A stretch of 61,124 nucleotides of DNA, the filler included, from Catajapyx aquilonaris (taxonomy: Eukaryota): assembly GCA_000934665.2 (NCBI GenBank). It is 2 parts of 2 records of this genome, joined end to end, with 100 filler letters (N's around TTAATTAATTAA, not from the genome) between each part and the next. Parts side by side here need not be neighbours in the genome. Positions count along the whole stretch, not along the records: positions 30,658 to 61,124 come from JYFJ02004639.1; 1 more part is not named here. One strand, given 5' to 3'. The notes below the pieces were generated by a model that saw only the letters and a program-made list of their open reading frames with translations, made no database searches and had not been told where the DNA came from. Shown in pieces: positions 48,099-59,800 of the stretch. Each line of letters starts with the position of its first letter. Positions within the stretch are counted from its first letter, which is position 1. Made by a program: the position numbers and the translations under genes.

Positions 48099-49236
48099 CT
48101 GCACAAAATTTTGGAAAACGTGTTGACAACATGCCATCAGATGGCCAATATTATCCTGTCACTTTACATGCAAAATAAAATATTATGGTACAAACAAATA
48201 TTAGATCCTCTTTCATGCAAATCTCTGCCCAAGCAAATGGACACAGTCTACCCCACAGGTTCCAATTTTATCAAGTTCCAAATGACATCACCATTGTTGC
48301 CAATACTAAGCAAATCCCAATCGATCCCAATTATATCCAGAGTTTAGTTAGCACCCTCAAATTTCCATTACGTCACATGCAAATTGGTTACGCTGTAAAG
48401 TGCAATTCTCCTGATTGAACAAGGAAATATGGGCCATGATATGGTGTGTTTACGGCATGACCATGAACATTGAGTTGGTCCATTTCTTCATGAGGAGGGA
48501 AGCCCATGAAAGTGGGACTAGCTGAGATGGGTAATGATAACTGTTCACATGCCTACCTCCCTCAAGGCTGAAATGGCCAGACCCAATGAATATTTCCAGT
48601 GTCACTGTGACCCCAGTGGTCCCATTCTCTTTGATTAACAACTGAGTCACATTGCTTAAGATGCATGCATGCATTGGACATTCTGATAATTCAGATCTGT
48701 TTTCATGTGGAAATTCAAGTCATATCAAAACAAGTAATTTATTACCAATTGAGTGAAAGCATGAATCAGACATAATATTGGCTGCCAAATTTTGCAATAT
48801 CCACATGAAACCAGAATATTGTCTGATAAATCCCCACTAGGACATAAGGTTAATAATAAAAATTGTGCATAATAAAATTCATAAAGAGAAATTATTGTGA
48901 AAAGGCAAAGCATAAAAGCAACATTACCGCCTGGCAGGAGATTTTGCCATGTCATCCCAACCAACACCATCGAAGCGCCAAAGAAGGTCAAGGGAAACAG
49001 TCATGAGGGGGGAGACAGAAAATAGTCAGAGTGATATAAAATAGTCAGAGTGATATCATACACTCTCAATATTTGTATATATGCTCACTATCCCCATGCA
49101 CTGTGAAATAAATAAGCCCTCTCCAGGTTTACATTTGACCCCACAGATCATTCCAGCAGTATAGAACAGGTAAGATATAAAAGTGAAATACTGGCAAGAG
49201 AATGGCAATAATATGGTAAAATAGTTAATGACTCAC

Positions 49237-49307
49237 CCCTTCATAGTTCTTCGCTTCAACTCCGTGCTTGGTCAGAATAGTCACTTCTTGAGGGACACCA
49301 CGGACAC
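49237..49307 (-). CDS. TMED10: TMED10 coding exon 3
   Basis: Acceptor TTGTGCAG|; (G)VRGVPQEVTILTKHGVEAKNYEG with the conserved KHGVEAKNYE motif; donor |GTGAGT. Confidence 0.95.
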
Positions 49308-50044
49308 CTGCACAAGGCAATGGTTGACATGGTATACACTAAGAAAATTTACCTTCTTATGGGATAATTTGTACACACTCGAGACTAGACCATGCAACTT
49401 TACTGCAAAATCAGGTACATATTTTAATTACTTCAAAATGTTGCTGGATTAAACCCGATTATTTCATTTGGTATATGTAACATTTATGTGCAAATTATCA
49501 TGATTTCCAGTGCTTCTGAAAAGGCCCACAAAAAATATGATGAAAAAGATGATGCAAAACATTTTACACTTACACACTTTTGGTCCTTTATAACATATGT
49601 ATAAAACTAACATGAGAACATTTTAAATAAATATTGTAGGCCAAACATATAGCAACTTGGTACTATTGATCATAATGATGAACATTATTCTTGGCACATC
49701 ATTCAAATTTACTCCTGCCAACTTTTTTTTGATGTCTGTCATCACACCATCACCTATACCTTGTCAACTTAAAGATTAGTTGGAAGTGGCATATAAAATA
49801 ATAATAATCAGATGAGATAAAATTTCCAGTTCACTGGTAGGATGTGACCTAGCCATGTTTTGGTCCATTAGGGTGAATATAAGTGCAGCTTGATAGAAAA
49901 TAGTCCAATAGCAGAAACCAAAACATTGAAAAATAGTAAATATTCTTAGCAGCTCCGCCAGAAATATTTTGAACATCACTTGTTGAAACCTGTTATACCA
50001 CACATTTTAAATCCAATAGTTAAAATTCTGCACACAAAACTTAC

Positions 50045-50165
50045 CCATTGGGACCTTCGATGTAAAGCAGATCTCGTACATGTCATAGTCATCAGTCGTA
50101 AATGAGAAGCGTCCTTTCTCTGTGTTCTCCCTGTTGACAAGCAACTGGCCTTTGCTATCTTTCAC
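50045..50165 (-). CDS. TMED10: TMED10 coding exon 2 (GOLD domain)
   Basis: Acceptor TTTTTAG|; VKDSKGQLLVNRENTEKGRFSFTTDDYDMYEICFTSKVPM; phase-1 donor G|GTAAGT. Confidence 0.95.
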
Positions 50166-50619
50166 CTAAAAATATGAAGAATGCAAATTTTAGGGTAATT
50201 TAAAAACTTTTTTCTTCTATGCATAACTTCATTTACAATATCTTTGCAGCACAGAAGATATAAGCATGCAAATGTCGAGTACAAGTGTGGCTTGTTTTCT
50301 GTAAAAAGACAGATCGTACCCACAGCCTTGTCTGAATGGATCACACTATAATAGACAACCCAATTTGATAATTGAGGGCAATAGGAACCTTGGCAAGATT
50401 TGAAATTGTCACATCTTGCATTTGATAATTTCAGATGTACCTGTAATAAGGCTGCGTAATACACATTACAATTCCGCATCTTTCCAAGCTTCTTATCACC
50501 CAAGTTGTTGTGTTGGGAGTAGGTGGCAGTCAAACATAATGATGAGTGGGATTGACTTTAAATAGATAACAACAGAATTCTGCAAGTCACTTCCTACAAA
50601 GGTGAAGAAATATCTCTTA

Positions 50620-52433
50620 GGGGAGACCGGGGCTAGAAGGCACACTTTTTACATTTCATTTTTTTCTGAGGCCAGTTAAGAATTATTCACTGTAATTTTT
50701 ATACTGATAAAATACTTTAGACATCTGAATAATTATCTATAATTAAATATACTATCCACTAGAAATTATTTAAAAAGGCTCTGCACGTGTGCCATAGTGC
50801 GCCTCGCCCGAGGCACGATGGCACAGTAATATCCTCCTGAGACCTGGTGTTGTCATATGTCGACATCAGCAAAAGATTTTTTTGGCGCCAACCAGTGATG
50901 CCAACAGAACTGTAATATGCTGGTATCCCATGGTTACAATCTGGCCTCAATAGCTGTAGCCACCTAGCGTCGAATATCTGGCTTGGGCCGTGAAAATTAA
51001 ATCGCGGACAAAATGGCGGATTCCGCTGCTGAAGCTAGGCGCTCATCTGATCAGTTTTATTTTTTTTCTCATATTTAGAATGCGATTTTCGCAATGCAGT
51101 GAATGTCCTGAGATTCGCAAGGAATGTGTCTTAGGAACTGCGAAAAGATGATTCTGTGACAATCTTTGTTGCTGTAGAGAACTGGTCATTTTCTTTTCTT
51201 CCTGAGACCAAATGTCCATTTAAATGGACATCCAAAAAATGGCATTTTTAGCTGAATGGGTGTGACTTTTCTTTACGTGCCTGTACCTATACACCCACAA
51301 GGAAGTGGGCTTTTCACTATGGTGTTCAGTTTTGAAATCTAGAATAGCAAGGTGCCACTTTAGCGGGTAAGAAGGGAAGGAGCAAGCCCCATGCCTGGAG
51401 TGGTGGCGTTAAAAAATAATTTCATTTATCTTTAATTGTCTTCTGAGAGGAATTGCTACCACGAATACCACAAATAAATTTTAAAGACATTGTTTGGAGG
51501 ATAGAGCACTATGTGAGTGATCCATTAAGTGGTATTTAAATTTTCAGCTTTCATCCGTTCTGCTTTTGTAGCACCAATTGGGTCCTAATGTTCTCATTGG
51601 TTGTTTGTCGCCAATTTTGTCGATATTTTAAAACTAAAAATTTTTTCTCGTTTCTTATTGGGAACATGTTCAGAAAATGCAATTGGAACTGATATTGCAT
51701 TAAAAAATTCTTCTCAGGTCTCAGGAGGATATAAGGCCAAGGTAGGGCTTATTAAATGATATGAAAATCACTTCCCCACACATTATCGATTCATACCCAT
51801 ATAGTTACAAGTGATTACAAAGATGTTACAAGATATTCAGAACTTTTTGCCTGCAGGATAACGTAGCGTGCCCTCCAGCTATGGAGCAAGTAGCTCACAA
51901 CTGGGAAAAGTGTATGGGCCCGGCTTAATAAGTGATAGAGGAGAAGCACTAGACCGCAATAGACTAACTAGAGGCTGCCATGCTCTTCCATAATCGCCAT
52001 GGTCCACCAAGGTTGGTAGGGACATGTGCCAACGTGCCCCAAGCAAAATGTGCCTTCATGCCTTGTAGGCATTTTTTTACCTTTCTAGTCCTCAAACTCT
52101 TGAGTGACAAATATTAAATGGCCATTAATGCTGTCATTTTGTAGGCAGATATTCTGCCTTGCAAACGCATTATTGGGCTCAGTGATCTAGCATTTCAGTT
52201 GGAAGAAAGAAGAAAAACTAATGAAAATGGGAAATTTACTCAAATGGTCAAAAACCGTATAAAAAATTAGTACTGCCGCCGACAGTCTTTTGCGATTGAA
52301 TTGAAAATAGGCTGTAATGTGGAGCATGTCTATCTGCACCTACCACATAAGCATCATGTCCGTGAACCTAATAGCCTCTTCAAAAATTTGACTGCCATCG
52401 TAGCCCTGTAGCCATCGTGCTCCCCATCTCCCC
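50620..52433. mobile_element. Degenerate non-autonomous TIR element (pogo/Tc1-like) in TMED10 intron 1
   Basis: TA-GGGGAGACCGGGGC left end, CCCCATCTCCCC right end; repeated GTGCC subterminal motifs. Confidence 0.45.
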
Positions 52434-52466
52434 TGACCATTCTTTCACTACAGAATATTAAAGTAT

Positions 52467-52683
52467 GTACACCCACGAGCATAAAGATGGAGACGCCAGG
52501 CCCTCACCTTCGGCAGGCTGCTCTGCCAATCTCAGCAATTACCTACAGTATCAAATATACTCTAAAAATACATGAACACACGCTTGAAGCAGCTAACTCA
52601 GTCCAAAAATAGTTCATTAATTTGAGTCGGATAAAGGTCAAAAAAGGGCCTGCCGTCTCTATCTTTATGCTCGTGGGAGTACA
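52467..52683. mobile_element. MITE in TMED10 intron 1
   Basis: TGTACACCCACGAGCATAAAGATGGAGACG / CGTCTCTATCTTTATGCTCGTGGGAGTACA. Confidence 0.75.
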
Positions 52684-53199
52684 TGAAAAGAGCAGGTGGT
52701 CCATGACATGATGGGAAATTGTCGATGATGCTTACATCAGCATAAAATTACTTCTCCCCTCAACATACGCAATGTCATGGCCTATCCATGTAGACAAATT
52801 TTTGGCCGAGTGTGTTTTAAGAGCACCTTCTTACAAGTACCTGGGTATATTTTGTTCACTATTTTCTCCAGTGAAAGAAAACATTTATGAACTGATAAAT
52901 GTGATTCATGGTGCCATTTCAGTACTGCCATCTTGACTTTAGGGCTGGCAATATAAGTCATCCGTTCATGCACCAGGTCAACAATGTGTTGCTCCACGAT
53001 TGCTCATTTCTTTTTCTACCACTGAAAAGAATGTGCTTGTCAGATCAACCTGCTTGTCCAGCTTGCCATGTAGCTTTGCGTATTACACTTTTCCTATTCC
53101 CATTTACCAGTCAATGTGATAAGCGACACTGCTCAAGTGCTCGCATTTTCTGATTCACAAGCACTTGTACAACAAAGCTAAAATCATTTCAATACTAAC

Positions 53200-53400
53200 C
53201 GTAAGGTCCACCCTCTGTCCAGGTGCATCTGACACCCCGAAATCCCCGGTGACCAGTACGTCCTTATGCATCTCTTCTCTGAGGCACTTGGCGGCATTGG
53301 GCTGCAACTGGAACATAAGCGCCTCTGCCGCCGGCAGAGTCGCTGACATCCAGGTCATCACTAGCGCCAGTACCGTCACTGACCACGAAATCCATGGCAT
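53200..53400 (-). CDS. TMED10: TMED10 / p24-delta (baiser-like) coding exon 1: signal peptide and start of GOLD domain
   Basis: MPWISWSVTVLALVMTWMSATLPAAEA-LMFQLQPNAAKCLREEMHKDVLVTGDFGVSDAPGQRVDLT; the KCLREE..KDVLVTG motif is typical of TMED10; phase-0 donor ACG|GTTAGT. Confidence 0.93.
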
Positions 53401-54423
53401 TTGTAGGTGTCGCGAACGGCATAAAGGCAACTGCCCACGACTATTGTGTCTACACCTGTCACACTCTTTCGGTCCCATAATGTGCCTCCTGCGCCAATGT
53501 GAATTCAAGCTACAGAACAGAGGCTGGTTGGAGGCTTGCTGTAAACGCAAATAAAATGAGCCTACACGACTTTCCGTTTCCGCAGCAGCAGTTCACGTTA
53601 AAAAATTATCCTGCTGAGGTGGCGGCCATCTATCGACAGTAGTACCGCTTAGAAACGTGTCAAATAGCGATCACATAGTAGCGACTTTGTCACTAATACA
53701 GTAAATAGCAATCACTGTCTCACATGTCCAGTACCAGCCATTCAGAGCAAATGAGTTCTTTTTGCTGCTGACACATCATTGCAATCACATCTAAAATTAT
53801 GTGACGTTTCTTTCAGATGATGTGAAGAGAAATAACACTCACCTGTCGTCTAATTTGTTTCTTAAATGATACTGATCGGTGGTACGATCACTGCTACTTT
53901 GGAATAACAGTAGAAATCGCAGTAGATCATTGCTGGTTTGAAATTACCATTATGCACACCCCGTGGCGCACCTCAATAAAGAGAGTTGGAGAAGGACACG
54001 TCACGGACTTTACTGGCAACTCCTCAGCAGTGCTGCCAGCTGCAGGAGGCGGAGAGGGACTTGCAAATGATTCTTTATGACGAAATACTGTATAGCATTT
54101 TATACGGTATTTCGTCATATTCCTGCTCAAAGGGATGTGGCTAAATGACGATTATTATCATTTACTGAATTTATCATATTAATAATATGTAGGTCCATTG
54201 CCACCCAGCACTTACGATAGGCCTACTTGACATTTAACGAGTACACTTGCAAATATATTGTAAAACTTATAGTCTCCTTGATATTCACTAAACATTTGTA
54301 TTGAATTCTTATTATGTATTTTATTTTTTTACCCTGTTGGGCTATATTTGAAATGAATACTTGAAATAACTGAGGACATTGACTGTACTTTCATGTGCTA
54401 TTGAGACAAAAGCAATTCATATT

Positions 54424-54830
54424 TAGTAGGTCTATGCAAAAGTTTGTGCGGTTTTTTGGGAAAATCAAAAATCTGTAAAACTTTTTTGCCAAAACAGTTA
54501 TTAATAAAAATAATGACCATCATTTTCAATAACTCCTTGCCAATGCAGGGCCAGCAGATGAATGCCCTGGTGGTAAAAGCTCCTGGGTTTTGCCTCACAG
54601 AATAAGTCGTCAACTGCCCATTTCTCGACATCTCTGAGATTGGCAAAGTGCTTGCCAGCCAAGCCATGTTGCATGGAACGAAACAGGTTGGTAATCTGAA
54701 GGGGCAATGTCTGGTGAGTACGCCATATGTGTGGGTAGCACCTTCCGTCCAAGTTCCAGCAATGTCTTTTTGGTTGCTTTCGCCCAATATGAGGCCGTGC
54801 GTTGTCATAGTGACATCCTGTTGGTTTGGG
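54424..54830 (-). mobile_element. Degenerate mariner (DD34D-type) 3' half
   Basis: TIR TAGGTCTATGCAAAAGTTTGTGCGGTTTT of the classical mariner type; frameshifted HDNARPH...YSPDIAPSD...LFRSMQHGLAGKHF...FYHQGIHLLALHWQGVIENDGHYF. Confidence 0.88.
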
Positions 54831-56177
54831 ATATTTTTTGAGCTTCTGCTGCAGGAATTCCGCCCATTTTCTTACTTGTGCACTTTGTGGGCTGCAGACT
54901 GCATAGTCACCCTTTCACCTACTTGTTACAACCACTCATGGCAGATGACGCCCTTCTGGGTCTTAACCCTGGAATTGTGACGTGCCTGAAAGTTACGTCT
55001 TGGTTATGTTAACAGTGACGCATGGGGTCTTTTAGGACCCCATGCCATATTTTAATTTTTATTAATTTTTATATGATACTTTTCAATGTATTGACTATAT
55101 TCAATAATTCTTTGAACAATGCCTAAAATGATCGCTAATTCAAAATAAACATGCACTTCCTGTTACATAGGGGTAAACCATACAGTTATGGGACACTTAA
55201 GAAATTTTCCAAGTTCGCATCGTCACATGACCCACAGTAATTACATCTGCAGTTTGATTATATATTTTTTTCTGAATCTTCAGAATGTTCTATTTCAAGG
55301 AGAAACTGTAATTTTGAAATTCTCCTTTACTGTAATTTTTGGTAATTAAAAGTTCCAAAAGTACAGTAATGCGATACTTTTCACAGTTATGGGCTGCCTT
55401 TGGGACAGTGGTGGGACACCTAATTGTAGGGACTCGATTGTTATTTGCAGCACTTTCGTGGTGTAGGGTGTTGCCCAGCACTGTTTCCTACTGTGTCAAC
55501 AGTTTTTCAAGTTTTAATGATCATCCCCCTAGCCTTTGTCGTCATTTGCGTGAAAGATGCATTTACTTCGGAATTACCGAACCTGCCTGCCAAGCAAAGA
55601 ATTTCGTTAAGAACAAGACTTTCTCACCTGAAATTCCTTCTAGTCTATAGTACCATCAAAAGTTGCATACCTGCATTAAGCCTACAACAATTCCATTCCA
55701 AGAAGCATTTCAAAAAGCAATTTTTAAAATTGACCTCGAAATGCAGTAGTGAAACTAGTTTGTGTGTGTGTAGTGGAGAGGCTCTGTTCTGCAAAAAATT
55801 TCCATACTGAACCATATTTTGTAACGTCCTGCTAGGGGAATGCACTCAAAATCATACATTGGGACATTTCAAAAATTACCATAAAGGCCGGAGGTTCCTC
55901 CTGTATTCAGGGATCATATGGCAAGTTTCATCGACCATCATAATAGCTATATTTTGTGGCAGCAGTGCAGTATTGTTATAGCTATAATTCTCATTCTTAT
56001 TCTTATTCATAATTATGTACTTTACCAAGAGCTATTAGCTCTTGACTGTACACAGCACAGTAATGTACATGTGAATTAAAATGGGACATGTATTCCTTTG
56101 GTATAATCTCAGGCTTATGATTGAACTTCCTAAAGTTAAGACACCTATTTAAATTTAAATTACAGTATGTCAAGGAA

Positions 56178-57772
56178 GCCGGCCTTGGTGGACTAGTGGT
56201 TAGCGCCTCTGGTCCCAAGGTTTAGTCCGGACGTTAAGGGATTCAACCGTGCATTTGGTGAAAAAAGCATGAAATTTGGTACAAATGTCCCTGAGAGCAT
56301 ACTCTTCAAATTCAGATATGGCGCCACGCCCGTTTTCGCCCAGGAGGCGGGTTGGCTACACTGAAGCGAGTGACAAGTCTTTTTCTGAGCGAACTACGCT
56401 TCCTAGGCGGATATGTGCCAAACAAATGTTGTGGGGAAACATGTATCCTACAAAAAGTATATAGTAACCTTTCCACGTACGGTCAGTATTTTCGGAGCTA
56501 CAGCGACTTGAACCAAATTAAGGGACGAAAAAAAAAGTCAACCGTGCATTGGTGAAATTTGGTAAGAATGTCCCTGAGACCATACTCCTCCAATCCAGAT
56601 ATGGCGCCACGGCCGTTTTCGCCCAGGTGGCCCGTAATTGCGGGTTGGCTACCTTGAAGCGAGTAAAGTCTTTTCTGAGCGTACTATGCCTCTCAGCCGG
56701 ATATGTTCCAAACAAACGTTGTACAGAAACATGTACTCTACAAAAAGTATGAAGTACCTTTTCCACGTAGAGTCCTTATTTTCAGAGCTACTTGAACCCA
56801 TGGTCAACAGTGCACTTTGATGATGAAGACATGAAATATGGTAGGAATGTCCTAGGGACTACACTCTTCAAATTCAGATATGGCGCCACGCCAGTTTTCG
56901 CCCAGGAGGCCCGTAATTGCGGGTTGGCTACCCTTCAGAGAGTGAAAAGTCTTTTTAAAGTCGCTGTAGCTACGAAAATAAGGACTCTACGTGGAAAAGG
57001 TACTTCATACTTTTTGTAGAGTACATGTTTCTGTACAACGTTTGTTTGGAACATATCCGGCTGAGAGGCATAGTACGCTCAGAAAAGACTTTTTACTCGC
57101 TTCAAGGTAGCCAACCCGCAATTACGGGCCACCTGGGCGAAAACGGCCGTGGCGCCATATCTGGATTGGAGGAGTATGGTCTCAGCATTCCTACCAAATT
57201 TCACCAATGCACGGTTGACTTTTTTTTCGTCCCTTAATTTGGTTCAAGTCGCTGTAGCTCCGAAAATACTGACCATACGTGGAAAGGTTACTATATCCTT
57301 TTTGTAGGATACATGTTTCCCCACAACATTTGTTTGGCACATATCCGCCTAGGAAGCGTAGTTCGCTCAGAAAAAGACTTGTCACTCGCTTCAGTGTAGC
57401 CAACCCGCCTCCTGGGCGAAAACGGGCGTGGCGCCATATCTGAATTTGAAGAGTATGCTCTCAGGGACATTTGTACCAAATTTCATGCTTTTTTCACCAA
57501 ATGCACGGTTGACCCATTATTCGTCCCTTAACGTCCGGACTAGTTGTGGGTTCGAACCCGGCCGAGGTCGGTGACTTTTCTCCGGGTGGTAGAAAAGTGA
57601 GAGTGCGCCTTCCTTCGGAGGGGAAGTAAAGCCGTCGGTCCCGTGTGCTTGTGACATTGTGCGAGTGCACGTTAAAGATCCCCAGAGTGGCCAAATTTCC
57701 AGGAGGAGGACCACCCCCTGGCGTCGGTGGTTAGCCTTAGAGGCAGAAATAGGCCGACGTTAAGCCCCACTG
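56178..57772 (+). mobile_element. tRNA-derived SINE, family B (Deu/Nin-like core), interrupted by a foldback insertion
   Basis: A-box half GCCGGCCTTGGTGGACTAGTGGTTAGCG (56178-56222); B-box half GTGGGTTCGAACCCGGC plus body from 57543. Confidence 0.8.
56223..57542. mobile_element. 1.32-kb foldback element with 3-bp TSD (Academ-like), arms built from ~270-295-bp tandem subrepeats
   Basis: GTT-TAGTCCGGACGTTAAGGGA ... TCCCTTAACGTCCGGACTA-GTT; CAGATATGGCGCCACG unit three times forward and twice inverted. Confidence 0.85.
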
Positions 57773-58190
57773 AAATGTATGTCAAGGAAAGCTATATAAT
57801 TTATAACATCGCAAGTTTGAAGTTGTTCAAACGACATGCCTCTCCTGTGCTTCTCTTGATCATCATGTGGTCATGGATAGACAGTATCACGCAGTATCAC
57901 AGAACATTTTCAAATCTTGGTGAGCACTGCAATAAATTTGCTTAAAATCTCATGCTTGATGAGGATTCGGCAAGCTGGCCACAGAGATTTTGCTTGAAGT
58001 AGTTATTAGTGCCATCTTAGTATGTTAAAATATATGTGTCTGATTCGACCCACCAAATACAAACAGATTACGTCTAAGAAAGAACAAATTAATTCCACTC
58101 CCGGCATACATTTTAAAAAGTTGATCCCCACACTACCTCACATTACTGAGGACAACATTTGTCTTGCAAGTTTGACGTATCATTGTAAAT

Positions 58191-58350
58191 TACAGTCGAA
58201 TCCCTCTATAACGAATCCGGATATAACGAAAATCCACTTATAACAAAAGAAAATTTGTGACCGTCAGAGGCCCCATATAAACCCATGTTAAAAATATCCA
58301 CTTTTAACGAAGGGATTTTCGGTTTTGGTTCACATATAACGAAAAAATTA
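58191..58350. mobile_element. Left end of a pogo/Tigger-like element
   Basis: TA-CAGTCGAATCCCTCTATAACGAA followed by repeated ATAACGAA motifs. Confidence 0.55.
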
Positions 58351-58936
58351 TTTCACTCTTCCAGTCCCACCTCTTGGCTGAAAAAGGGCGAAAGTTGGCA
58401 AATTGGGCCATAAATCACCAGCACTGCTGTGTGTTCCTGATTCAACCTTTTTTCACACATTCCGTCCAAAAGTTGATAATTTGGGGTCCTATAATGGAAG
58501 GGAAAGGATTCTCTCATATGCTGCCTAAATGGTGGGATGAAGGCACGAGCGGAAAAGGAAAAGGGCCTGACCTGCATCTGGTGCAGTTCTCTGGTGTTTG
58601 CTGTAACTTATTGTTGTAGCGTTTGCGCCGTGCTTTGTGAGATAATCTAATTTAGCACAGAAGAATTTTTTAACTAATTTCCTGATGATTCATTACTATT
58701 TTCCATGGCACAGAGCAGCAATTATTACTACAGGAAGTCTACGAACAGGGTTACGTTCCTGAAAATGTCCGTATGTTGGATTTGTACATAACTTAGGATC
58801 ACTGAGGAACAGAGCATAATACATATACTCATATATAGAGCGTAAAGATGCTGCTCGAACAACTGCTTACCTCATGTGTTTGTTTACACGCCCAGAAGAA
58901 CGTAATTTCCCAATGATTTATATTTCTGTCGATCCT

Positions 58937-59115
58937 GGCCCGGGGACACCCCCTTCATCTCGTGCAGAGTTAGGCCGTCTCTGGCTTCGTCTCGGGTGGT
59001 ATCTCCAATAGACAAACCACCCGGGGGAGTTCACGAAAGGACCACACTTGAGACATTGCACTGCACTTTGCACATCCCCTCCTACTCATCCCCCCTTCGC
59101 TTGCGGTACCCGGGC
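58937..59115 (+). mobile_element. 5'-truncated family-A SINE
   Basis: CCCGGGGACACCCCCTTCATCTCGTGCAGAG...GCACATCCCCTCCT shared with 32555-32700. Confidence 0.85.
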
Positions 59116-59419
59116 GTTACGGCAAAGGTCCAAAATGTATTTAAGCTTGTACAACTTAGGCAAGAATAAAGGTACCTTAGTCAGATATTAACGGGGTTAT
59201 TCCAGACCATGTAGGTCCTTAAACCCCGGGCCCCAGATAGGGACTATATCATCACTGAGGCTGACCACGATGAAAGGCACTTCTTCAGCCAGAGGTGGAC
59301 CACCCGTTCGCTTCCGAATCGAACCCAAGCCGTCTTATGGTTGAGACTCGACCATCGGGACGCACAGTGTTTGATTTCAGAAAAACCACGATCGAAAATG
59401 ATACCTCCTCAACTAAACC

Positions 59420-59800
59420 GTTTAGGTACGTAAAAAACATGTCTCCCCATGTTTTCGGGGTCGCTGATTTCGAATTTTAGGTTATTTTGAACCTAGACAT
59501 ACAGGGTGTACCAAAAACACGCGATCGAATTTAAGAACTTGTAGAATAGACACGATTAGTATGTAAAAATAACATTTCCTTGCGTTTTCTGGGTCGCTGA
59601 TTCAGATTTTTAGGTTTAGAAACTAAAACTACAGGGTGTACCAAAAACCTTTGTATTTAAGAACTTATAGAATAAACATTATGAGTAGGTGACAGTAAAA
59701 TTCCCATGTGTGTTCGAGGACTCGGATGTAAATTTTTAGGCAAAATTGACCATAGACCTACAGGGTGTACTAAACACGTTCGAATTTAAGCTCATAGGAT
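59420..59800. repeat. Three diverged ~130-bp tandem units, probably transposon subterminal repeats
   Basis: TACAGGGTGTAC at ~59500, ~59630 and ~59760; GGGTCGCTGATT and TTTAAGAACTT also recur. Confidence 0.75.

Noticed and set aside
53401..53550. 50-aa N-terminal extension of TMED10 in the ORF track
   Set aside because: It begins at a TTG; the ATG at 53400 directly precedes a normal signal peptide and gives a typical length
56276..57479. Mirror-image ORF pairs (also 6841/7243 and 22132/22332) as duplicated genes
   Set aside because: By-products of the inverted arms of foldback elements
56245..57510. Regularly recurring motifs as a CRISPR-like array
   Set aside because: Whole ~280-bp units repeat with no unique spacers, half are inverted, there are no cas genes, and the context is eukaryotic
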